A DNA stretch of 24,242 nt from a virus (taxonomy: Duplodnaviria > Caudoviricetes): positions 1 to 24,242 of the IMG/VR virus record IMGVR_UViG_3300025803_001552, one strand, 5' to 3'. The position numbers and the translations under genes were made by a program. This document shows positions 1-7,495 of the stretch, piece by piece; within the stretch, counting starts at the first letter, position 1; every line of letters begins with the position of its first letter. The notes beneath the pieces are model-generated. The model made no database searches. It saw nothing but the letters and a program-made list of their open reading frames with translations, and was not told the origin of the DNA.

Positions 1-93
1 CGCTCTGCTATCGAAATAGCGATTGTCCACAATCATAACTACTGCGAACACGCTCGCTGCTAAGATCGAGCCAAAGAATATACGTCGCTTCAT
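1..93 (-). CDS. 5' part of an exported or membrane-anchored protein with a twin-arginine-like N-terminus (runs off the window; not in the ORF track)
   Basis: Manual translation from the ATG at 93, 8 nt after the tatC stop: MKRRIFFGSILAASVFAVVMIVDNRYFDSRA..., open to position 1. It has RRxFF followed by a hydrophobic stretch. Confidence 0.65.
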   Translation of the reverse strand, partial: MKRRIFFGSILAASVFAVVMIVDNRYFDSRA

Positions 94-101
94 TCCGTGT
101 T

Positions 102-968
102 TTACCACCATATGCCATGCTTCATTAGCGTGCTACGCACCCAACGATACGCAGCGACCGGTCTACTCACTACCCAGAATATACGATTCCAGATTGCCCT
201 TACCCACCTGCTGATCGTTTTGAACCACAGGTAATTACCTTCCTCTGGATTCACCGTCCACGCAGCAAACATACCGACTTCGTACAACGCCATAACCGGA
301 GTAGATACCAGCAAGAAATTTATCCCGTCCGCTGTGGGCGTCAGGATGATTCCGAGAAACGTGGCGAACAACGGTGACAGCAACCTGCCCCATCGGAAAT
401 GCTTGTACCTCAATAGCCTTGCTCTAGCGAGAATATACATCGCCGTCGGAATCATGAACACGAAACTCATTGCCGACATTAGAGCGGTAACTAGGTCAAG
501 ATAATTGCCTATGTCGATAAGCGGTACAGCGACGTTTGAACCGAAGTTGAGCAGGAACTTCAACCCGACTGGCAGCAGGACGTAATACACGAACATGATG
601 CCCAGAACATAGGACACCATTGCTGAGATCGTTACAGCGGTCAGGAACCGCCAGAATTGAACAGGGAGCCAGGGCTTGAGTAATGACAAGACGCTGTAAG
701 CGATCATCGGTATCGCTGCGAACGTCCCGCCTTTCATAACAATCGAAATCGTCGCCCCCATCATCGACAGAGGCGACGTGAATACCGGCTTACCGTCAAA
801 CGGTGAAAGCCTATCTCCCGCCGGTGCTAATAACCATTGGAAAATTTCGTCCTTGAAATAAAAGCTGTATCCAGAACCCGCGCCCGCGAAAACGAGAATC
901 CAAAAGACTCTCAGCCAAAACTTATTCTTGAACGAGCGTTCCGGTTTACCGCGTCTCCACGGCAGCAC
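102..968 (-). CDS. tatC: TatC-family twin-arginine translocase subunit (divergent)
   Basis: About six hydrophobic segments with TatC landmarks: IFQWLLAP, FTSP, GIMFVYYVLLPVGLKFL, IDIGNYLDLV, FVFMIP, ILTPTAD, PVMALYEVG. GTG start 2 nt after the upstream stop. Confidence 0.9.
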   Translation of the reverse strand: MLPWRRGKPERSFKNKFWLRVFWILVFAGAGSGYSFYFKDEIFQWLLAPAGDRLSPFDGKPVFTSPLSMMGATISIVMKGGTFAAIPMIAYSVLSLLKPWLPVQFWRFLTAVTISAMVSYVLGIMFVYYVLLPVGLKFLLNFGSNVAVPLIDIGNYLDLVTALMSAMSFVFMIPTAMYILARARLLRYKHFRWGRLLSPLFATFLGIILTPTADGINFLLVSTPVMALYEVGMFAAWTVNPEEGNYLWFKTISRWVRAIWNRIFWVVSRPVAAYRWVRSTLMKHGIWW

Positions 969-970
969 TT

Positions 971-1168
971 TTACTCAGCTTTAGACGTTGCAGGTTCGGC
1001 GGTCTTGGACTCTGCCTCTGCCTTTGCTTCTGTGGCTCGCTTCTTGCTGCCACCGAAGAAGTACCGGAATACGTTTTTGATTCCGAACATCATGTGAAGC
1101 CCAATGCCGATAACAAGTACACCGACAAGCACTCCGAGGAAAATTTCATTTCCGAATATTGCAAGCAT
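971..1168 (-). CDS. Small single-TM protein, TatA/TatB-like
   Basis: 65 aa with Glu8, an N-terminal TM segment, an FG hinge (MFGIKN), a short basic/amphipathic segment and a charged low-complexity tail. GGAGG RBS; directly upstream of tatC. The TM is longer than in canonical TatA. Confidence 0.5.
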   Translation of the reverse strand: MLAIFGNEIFLGVLVGVLVIGIGLHMMFGIKNVFRYFFGGSKKRATEAKAEAESKTAEPATSKAE

Positions 1169-1182
1169 TTAGACCCTCCAGG

Positions 1183-1422
1183 TTATTTGCTTTTTCCTGT
1201 TGAGAACAATCGTTCCCTTAAACCTTGAACAGACTTTTTCGCACGAGGTGTGCCTAGAACGCCCGTTCCTAGTCCCATAACAGCACCAAATATACCGCCT
1301 CTGGCGTGATGCGTCTGCACCCCTATTTCATCGCCAATGGCTTTCAGAATTTGGTTACTGATAAGAGCAAGTATAAAAGACGCTGCGCTTGCGCCTATAA
1401 GCCACCGCAGTTGAAACAACAT
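1183..1422 (-). CDS. Small two-TM membrane protein with glycine zipper (holin-like architecture)
   Basis: 79 aa; hydrophobic N-terminal helix, second helix with G42-x3-G46-x3-G50-x3-G54, basic C-tail; start 2 nt after the upstream stop. Confidence 0.55.
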   Translation of the reverse strand: MLFQLRWLIGASAASFILALISNQILKAIGDEIGVQTHHARGGIFGAVMGLGTGVLGTPRAKKSVQGLRERLFSTGKSK

Positions 1423-1424
1423 CG

Positions 1425-1748
1425 CTAATCGTCCAACGCTCGCCGTACACGACGAAACAAACTGTTGCCGAGTTTCAGAATACCGTCTTTGACTTCTTCT
1501 GCGCTTGACTCTTTGAACCGCTCAACCGTGTCCCAGAATTCAGCCTTTGCATCATCTAGAGATTCGATCTGGCGTCGCTGTGGCTCCGGTTCCATAACTT
1601 CAACCTCGTCCGCTTTTTTGTCGATTGTGGGTTCCTCAACTTTTGGAGCGGGTTTTGCCTTTTTCCTTGATGGTCGTTCTTTTATTTCGTGTGGGTTAGG
1701 TTCCGCATTGACTTTGGCTGCGGTAACCTTTTTCCTGCTATCAGACAT
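1425..1748 (-). CDS. Hypothetical protein (charged, disordered N-half; helical C-half)
   Basis: 107 aa, GGAG RBS, tightly packed in the operon. Confidence 0.7.
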   Translation of the reverse strand: MSDSRKKVTAAKVNAEPNPHEIKERPSRKKAKPAPKVEEPTIDKKADEVEVMEPEPQRRQIESLDDAKAEFWDTVERFKESSAEEVKDGILKLGNSLFRRVRRALDD

Positions 1749-1762
1749 TTTCTGACTCCGCT

Positions 1763-2119
1763 TTATTTGATGCTATCGACCGACGTTAGTAAATCGCCAG
1801 ATTGCTCAGAGGATTTTTCAGCAGCAGCTTTATTTGCAGCAGCTACCGCCGCATCACATTTTTTCCTAATTGTTCGGACGTCATCAGATGCTATTACGTT
1901 CGCCCACTCGTCAAGAATCTCTTGCTGCGTTAAGTCTTGTGCCTCAAACGTAATCTCGGCTTCTTTTCCTATGTAAGTACATAAAGTATCCACCGCTCCA
2001 ACAAAGCCCAAATCCCACGGCGTACCGTAAGCTAAAAATAATTCTTCATTCGATACAGGAAATCGTTTTCCACCCGACGAACGATTGTCAGTCACCGAAA
2101 CTTTTACTGTTACAGGCAT
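1763..2119 (-). CDS. Hypothetical protein (possibly fibre-associated)
   Basis: 118 aa; the start overlaps the stop of the upstream fibre gene. Confidence 0.7.
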   Translation of the reverse strand: MPVTVKVSVTDNRSSGGKRFPVSNEELFLAYGTPWDLGFVGAVDTLCTYIGKEAEITFEAQDLTQQEILDEWANVIASDDVRTIRKKCDAAVAAANKAAAEKSSEQSGDLLTSVDSIK

Positions 2120-2811
2120 CTTATTTCCGTCACTGTCATAGACGTGTAATCATTTTGATTTGCGTACCCACCTGGAGAACCTTTGAAATCAAATTCATAA
2201 GTTGTACTCGTGTTTGCACCTGCAATTTCAAAATGTGTTATTTGATGTATGTCGTACCCTGATCCAGCTGTTAATACATGAGAAGTTTCTTTTACGGTTG
2301 AACCAGCAATATCTATTTTCATCGACAGAGTTACGGTTGTACTAACGTGTGCTTGCGTTTTCATACAAGCAGATATAAACATTCCGTATTGGGCAGTTCC
2401 GGTGCTATCACTTGGTGTTTTTGTGAGGCTTAAGGCTTGTGCAGCAACTCCATAGGCAGCATTGAGAGTTTGGGAACCACTTGCCTCGTCTGTACTTGTA
2501 GAACCCTCTGACTGAGTGTGAGTGTGCGTTGTATCTGCAACAGTTTTCTCACTTCCACCGTTGGCGTAATACCGCAAAGTGCCGTCAGTGTTCGCAGCAA
2601 AACGTGTGTGACCAGTAGCAGGGGCAGACAGCGCACCTTGTTGATCTAGGTCGATGTAATCCAGCGAGTCGAGCGTTGCACTCCCATCACCAGCAGTTCC
2701 GGTGTGAGTATGACCGGCAATTGAATCTAGGTTGTCGCGAATCTGCGTGTTGAAATCGTCGGCAGAAACCGTTTCCTGATCGACCCATGTTTTAGGTGTT
2801 GTCCATGCCAT
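2110..2811 (-). CDS. Putative tail fibre / receptor-binding protein
   Basis: N-terminal WTTPKTWV...FNTQIRDNL anchor-like segment, HxH motifs (GHTHTG, THTHT), Thr/Ser-rich beta-type C-terminal domain; located at the end of the tail module. Confidence 0.65.
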   Translation of the reverse strand: MAWTTPKTWVDQETVSADDFNTQIRDNLDSIAGHTHTGTAGDGSATLDSLDYIDLDQQGALSAPATGHTRFAANTDGTLRYYANGGSEKTVADTTHTHTQSEGSTSTDEASGSQTLNAAYGVAAQALSLTKTPSDSTGTAQYGMFISACMKTQAHVSTTVTLSMKIDIAGSTVKETSHVLTAGSGYDIHQITHFEIAGANTSTTYEFDFKGSPGGYANQNDYTSMTVTEIRCL

Positions 2812-3110
2812 TAGTGCGTATGTCCTATTACTGAGGCTGTTTTCTCAGTATCGCCATTGGCTCTGTATCTAAGTGTCCCGTCTGTGTGCATAGCGAATCT
2901 AACGTGACCTGCTGCTGGTTCACCTAAAGCCGAACCTGTTTGCTCAATGTCTGCGTGGTCTAATGATGTAAGTGTAGAACTGCCGTCACCTGCTGCGCCA
3001 GTGTGCGCGTGCGCTCCAAGACTATCTAGATTATCCCGCACATAAGTATTCATCCACGCAGCGTCGATAAGATCGCCCACGACCATTTTAGGTGTTGCTG
3101 ACCACGTCAT
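2811..3110 (-). CDS. Short fibre-like protein, paralogue of the N-terminal ~100 aa of 2110..2811
   Basis: Start re-called to ATG 3110 (MTWSATPK) by alignment with MAWTTPK. Shares RDNLDS, HxHTGxAGDGSxTL, GHxRFA, TDGTLRY and EKT. TAATG coupling to the next gene. Confidence 0.75.
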   Translation of the reverse strand: MTWSATPKMVVGDLIDAAWMNTYVRDNLDSLGAHAHTGAAGDGSSTLTSLDHADIEQTGSALGEPAAGHVRFAMHTDGTLRYRANGDTEKTASVIGHTH

Positions 3111-3525
3111 GCTCGACGTTCTCCCGTTGCAAATCTTCCACCGTTTCACCTGGCAACCAGTTTCGAGTGATAGCCCGATCGCTTCGAGCAGCAGGGCGAA
3201 TGACCAGTTCTGCTTCTATGGCGGTGCGTTTCTGAGGCATACGAACATGACGCCACGCAAAATTCACAGCAGCGTTTCCACAATTCAAACACCAAAACCG
3301 GCGTTCTGTTTCCGACACCAATTGCGCCCCTGCACAGTCTGGACATTCTGCAATCCATCGACCGTGATTCACGTATGCCACTATCTCGCCGTCTGTCACG
3401 CCGTCCTGCGCTGGTGCTTGCATAGATTTTCGCGAAGCCGAGTATCTGACAAACTCGCCGTAAGGCAGCCTAAATATATCCTCGTGAGTGATGATCTTAT
3501 CGTCGGGAGTGTCAGGCTTTCTCAT
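3088..3525 (-). CDS. Zn-ribbon-containing tail-region protein
   Basis: VNHGRWIAECPDC...FWCLNCGN (two CxxC pairs); overlaps both neighbours. Confidence 0.75.
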   Translation of the reverse strand: MRKPDTPDDKIITHEDIFRLPYGEFVRYSASRKSMQAPAQDGVTDGEIVAYVNHGRWIAECPDCAGAQLVSETERRFWCLNCGNAAVNFAWRHVRMPQKRTAIEAELVIRPAARSDRAITRNWLPGETVEDLQRENVEHDVVSNT

Positions 3526-6080
3526 GTTGGGTTTAACCTTGTTTCGCTTCCAAGTAGTGAATATCCGAGCGTCCAGAACGCAGAGAACGCAGAAGCCGAT
3601 GACAACTCAAAATGAGCGGTAAGGCGTTTAGGGACAATTTCATAAGCCCAGTTTTCCACGAAGAAATCTTCATCGACTCCAAGCCCTGCGTTATTGTTTG
3701 CCTCAATGTTTACTCTATCCGATATGGTTCGACTCAGCACTTCAACTGCGTGATACAAATCCTTTTGACCGGTAACGCTGATACCGAGCATCGGCGAAGG
3801 GTCTTTATATAACGCCAGATTATGCAGCACCCATTGTTGCGCAGTTGCGGTGTCTGGAATATGAACAGCCAGATCAGAACGTGCGAATGTCCGTTGACCA
3901 TAAACACTCTGGCTGGTGGCGTTCGCTGCTTGAACGGTCACAGGGTCTAACTCGTATACCTCTGTGCCACGGCATTGCAGCTTGGTGAGATAAACGGTCA
4001 CGGCAGCGTCGTTTGTTATCTGAATCTTTTTAGATTTTGAAAAGTCGGTTTCGACGATGGTTAGATCGGAAGTGTAGTCGGTTCCTGTGCCGTCGCTTGC
4101 GCCGTTTGCTGTGTAGTCCGTAGTGGCTACCAGCGCAGTCCAAGCAGCCACGCCGGTTCCGTCTGTACGGCTTGCAGGGTTCGGGTAGTTAGCCCAATAG
4201 GTCACGGTGTCCCCTGCTTCAATAGCAGGTGCATCTCCGGTCGTATTCGCTTCCGAGTGTGTCCAAAGCGTCACACCTGCGTTAGTTGCTTTTTTTCTGA
4301 CGGTGGCGCGAAAATCGTTATAGATAAATCGCAGCGGGTCTAATTCGCTGATCGACTCATATCGCAACACACCTTTCGCCGTCGGGTCATCTGAGTATTC
4401 GGCTTGCGCCACGATGTTCGGCAAATTCAGTCTGTGGTCACGATCTTGGAAATCAATCTTGCCTTCTTTAGTCTCAACGAGCAGACCTGATTCTGATTCC
4501 TCGACACGCCTCAGGGCGGTTATAGCTTCGAGAGAATCTACTTCCCAGTTTTTGAACGTCTGTGTTCCACCGTCAACGATGCGCTGTGTCGCACTCCAAC
4601 CGGCAGCGTCAAGAATATCGTCTATTGCGTCACCGCTCGTAATGCTCGCCTGATACGGGATGTTTACTTCGTTTTGCGTCAGTTGACCGAACACGCCCAG
4701 ACAACTAATCGTTGCGGTCTTAATGCGGTTGTTGCCCACGCTCGGCGCAATGCGTTCAATGTAGCCGGTGAACATGTCACGAACAACTGGCGATTCGCTG
4801 CGTACTTTGACCGAGCGATTCGGCACAAGGTTTCCTGTCAAAACTGAGGAAGTATTGAACGGGGAATAACGGTCATCGTCGTTTGCAACCGTGAGTGTCA
4901 TTCGCGCAGCCTTCACCTTGCCGGTGAGCGAACTGGCGACGTCACGACCGCCTTTGATGGATACCTTCAAAACATCCGAGGTGATGTTGTCGTAAGTACC
5001 GTCGTACTTTCCGTCGTTGCCCCAATCGACAAATACTTTTGTGCCAATGTCCAACTGGTCATCTTCCCAATTGGCTTTAGTTTTGCCAACGCCCTCAACA
5101 ACGAACAACGAACCAGCAACGAAGTTGGAACCACCTGACACTGATAAGACGATCTGCGTGACTGCTGATGTATCTTTCCAGCGCATCGAGTTGAGTTCTA
5201 AAACATCTTCGGCAGCAGCACCGGTACTCAATAAGGTTTTGTGCCGGTCAGTTTTCGTGTATTCAAATATCGTGGTCGTGCCACCGCCAAAGACGTTAGC
5301 CGTTGCAGATGCCCCAGGTATTTCATACAGCGTCCGGTCAGACGTTCTCTGCGCTGCTGTAAGCGTCGCTCCATCACCGTCTAATCCCTGACTGTCGTAA
5401 TTAGCAGCAGTCGTGTCGCTGTTGAGTTGAATATCTAGCCCTGATGTTGCAGCGACTTCATCGGTTCTGGCGTACACCGTAATCTTGCAATTTTGGTATT
5501 CACCGGAAACCGGCAGCGTTATGGTGGCAGCGTCACTCTCTAGCTTTTTGTAAGCAATTACATTCTTCGGGACGTGGTAAGCAGAAAACATCGACCCTGC
5601 TACAAAGCCGTCTCCGGTCGATGGAAGCAAATCATATTTGGTCAACGCAGCGATGTTGTCACGGCGTTGCGATGTGATTTGGACTTGATCGGATTGACCG
5701 GTGATTGCAAGCGAATAACCGTCGTTTGCAGAATCGGGCGCGTTATAAATCGTCTGAACAAACGCACCAAATACGTTAGCCTCGGCGTTGGCTGCGGGGC
5801 AGACTCCGATTTTTCTATCGCTTCCGCTTTCCGCTGCTTTGACTCCAGAATCACCCCTGATGTACTGGCGAGCGTAGTTCCCGTCCACGGTGTCGTTATT
5901 CAACGCAACGACCAGATCAGCAGTATCAGCAACAGGGTTGGCGCGAAGATTGGCGACTATTACGACGTCACCTGCAAGCTGCGGCAGACTCTGTGCGCTT
6001 AACGCAGTTCCAGTTGCGAGTGGGCTTGCAACTCCACCAAATACGGACTCATTAAAATAGGTATTGTTGAACTCAGCCAA
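3522..6080 (-). CDS. Large minor tail (tail-tip/hub-like) protein with two N-terminal repeat domains
   Basis: 852 aa, TTG start. Internal repeat in the first ~330 aa (LNNDT..NY...PAANAEANVFG / LNSDT..NY...PGASATANVFG). The rest resembles siphophage tail-tip proteins (VDW..DG, MFTGYIERI, SQSVYGQRTF, FWTLGYSLLG). Confidence 0.75.
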   Translation of the reverse strand: MAEFNNTYFNESVFGGVASPLATGTALSAQSLPQLAGDVVIVANLRANPVADTADLVVALNNDTVDGNYARQYIRGDSGVKAAESGSDRKIGVCPAANAEANVFGAFVQTIYNAPDSANDGYSLAITGQSDQVQITSQRRDNIAALTKYDLLPSTGDGFVAGSMFSAYHVPKNVIAYKKLESDAATITLPVSGEYQNCKITVYARTDEVAATSGLDIQLNSDTTAANYDSQGLDGDGATLTAAQRTSDRTLYEIPGASATANVFGGGTTTIFEYTKTDRHKTLLSTGAAAEDVLELNSMRWKDTSAVTQIVLSVSGGSNFVAGSLFVVEGVGKTKANWEDDQLDIGTKVFVDWGNDGKYDGTYDNITSDVLKVSIKGGRDVASSLTGKVKAARMTLTVANDDDRYSPFNTSSVLTGNLVPNRSVKVRSESPVVRDMFTGYIERIAPSVGNNRIKTATISCLGVFGQLTQNEVNIPYQASITSGDAIDDILDAAGWSATQRIVDGGTQTFKNWEVDSLEAITALRRVEESESGLLVETKEGKIDFQDRDHRLNLPNIVAQAEYSDDPTAKGVLRYESISELDPLRFIYNDFRATVRKKATNAGVTLWTHSEANTTGDAPAIEAGDTVTYWANYPNPASRTDGTGVAAWTALVATTDYTANGASDGTGTDYTSDLTIVETDFSKSKKIQITNDAAVTVYLTKLQCRGTEVYELDPVTVQAANATSQSVYGQRTFARSDLAVHIPDTATAQQWVLHNLALYKDPSPMLGISVTGQKDLYHAVEVLSRTISDRVNIEANNNAGLGVDEDFFVENWAYEIVPKRLTAHFELSSASAFSAFWTLGYSLLGSETRLNPT

Positions 6081-6098
6081 TGCAATTCTTTTTCTAGC

Positions 6099-6422
6099 TT
6101 ACGGCTTTGGGTATTTGGCTTTCACCGCTGCAATATGGTCTTGCCAGGTGGTCGTGCCGTTTACAGAATCATGGTACTGCATGTCTAGCTGGTCGCCGAT
6201 GGAGCCGTAGGCTTCCCTGCGGTACGCAGCGTAGTTAGCAGACACTCCACCGTTCTCCCGCACATTTCTTTCTTGTTCCTGATTGAAGGAGTTCTGCGCC
6301 CATTCGTTGATAATCTTTTGGTACTCGTCTGGCGTGAGCGTAATCGACTCCCCATCCACCATCTTGGTGAGGGTAGGGTTGTCATTCTCGAATTGAGTTT
6401 TCCATTCTTGAAGTGTTGCCAT
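6099..6422 (-). CDS. Small tail-fibre-associated protein (assembly chaperone-like)
   Basis: C-terminal YRREAYGSIGDQLDMQYHD...WQDHIAAVKAKYPKP motif, of a type commonly seen next to phage fibre genes. Confidence 0.6.
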   Translation of the reverse strand: MATLQEWKTQFENDNPTLTKMVDGESITLTPDEYQKIINEWAQNSFNQEQERNVRENGGVSANYAAYRREAYGSIGDQLDMQYHDSVNGTTTWQDHIAAVKAKYPKP

Positions 6423-6959
6423 TTATCCTACTCCGTACATGTGAACTGTTCCTGCGTCGATGTTGCCTGAGTCAAACTTGAAACTTATTTCATCTATCGC
6501 TGCCGTTGTATTGATGTAGCCACTAGTAAAGTTGTCAATGGTAAAGTTTCCTTCATATGCGTTGTTGGTTCTTGCAATGTAGTGCTTTACGAATGTCGTA
6601 CTAGAAGGGTCATAAAGAGTTAGTACACCGCTACACGATTGGTCACTATCAAAGCCATTTGAGTAAGTCAGGGGTTGATATGCCGTACCCTGTGCTTGAT
6701 CCCAACGAGTGTCATATGCCAACGAAGTAGCAGTATCGGCTTCGTTGTGATACGCACGAAAGAATGTCGATGTAATCACTTCATTGAATCCGGTCTGACC
6801 GGATGCGTTCACTTGGAACATAAAGTCCACATTGTCGGTTTGCGGGTGCATGTTCACAAAGTGGAACTCGTAAGCGTCATACGTGCTGTCGATACCGCTG
6901 GTGAAACTCAGGGTTGAACTACTGGAAGCTGTCTGAGATGAAAGGTAAGTCAACGCCAT
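6423..6959 (-). CDS. Tail-associated ~175-aa domain protein, paralogue 3 of 3
   Basis: QTASSSSTLSFTSGIDSTYD...GYINTTAAIDEISFKFDSGNIDAG; 1-nt stop/start overlap with the upstream paralogue. Confidence 0.8.
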   Translation of the reverse strand: MALTYLSSQTASSSSTLSFTSGIDSTYDAYEFHFVNMHPQTDNVDFMFQVNASGQTGFNEVITSTFFRAYHNEADTATSLAYDTRWDQAQGTAYQPLTYSNGFDSDQSCSGVLTLYDPSSTTFVKHYIARTNNAYEGNFTIDNFTSGYINTTAAIDEISFKFDSGNIDAGTVHMYGVG

Positions 6960-7495
6960 CAGGACACCCCAAACATCTTGATTGTGCCAGCGTCTATGTT
7001 TCCGCTTGAGAATTTGAAGCTAATTTCGTCTATAGCTGCGGTTGTATTGATGTAACCGGCAGAAAAATCATCAATCGTGTAATTGTCTTTCTGAGCGTCA
7101 TTGAACCTAGCCATAAACTGCTTCACATATGTCGTATCTGAGGGTGCGTATAGTTTTAGGATTCCGCTACACGCCTGATCGTTATCGGCTCCCGTTGTGT
7201 AGGTAAGGTTTTGATACGCTGTCCCTTGCGCTTGGTCCCATCGAGTATCGTAAGCGAGTGCATTTGCTGCTGTTGTTTCATTGTGATAAGCCCTAAAGAA
7301 ACTGGAGGTTATTGTTTCATTGAAACCCGTTTGACCAACCGCATTTACTTGGAATTGGAAATTCACACCATCCGTTGAAGGATGCATGTTCGTAAACACA
7401 AACTCATAAACGTCGTAAGTTGAGTCAATCCCTGACGTAAACGATAACGACGAAGATGCTGAGGCGGTTTGTGTTGCGAGGAGTTTCTTAGCCAT
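6959..7495 (-). CDS. Tail-associated ~175-aa domain protein, paralogue 2 of 3
   Basis: Collinear with 6423..6959 over the full length; 1-nt overlaps at both ends. Confidence 0.8.
   Translation of the reverse strand: MAKKLLATQTASASSSLSFTSGIDSTYDVYEFVFTNMHPSTDGVNFQFQVNAVGQTGFNETITSSFFRAYHNETTAANALAYDTRWDQAQGTAYQNLTYTTGADNDQACSGILKLYAPSDTTYVKQFMARFNDAQKDNYTIDDFSAGYINTTAAIDEISFKFSSGNIDAGTIKMFGVS

Noticed and set aside
945-968. WRRGK at the TatC N-terminus as a Tat signal
   Set aside because: It lacks RRxF and is followed by a polar stretch; more simply a positive-inside N-tail.
1-2119. Left end as ordinary host chromosome flanking a prophage
   Set aside because: Disfavoured but not excluded: the genes are overlapped or tightly coupled to the fibre gene, no junction is visible, and the TatC lacks residues expected of a housekeeping copy.
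3111-3149. Upstream start at 3149 for the short fibre paralogue
   Set aside because: Alignment with its paralogue begins at ATG 3110, and the extension lies deeper inside the upstream gene.
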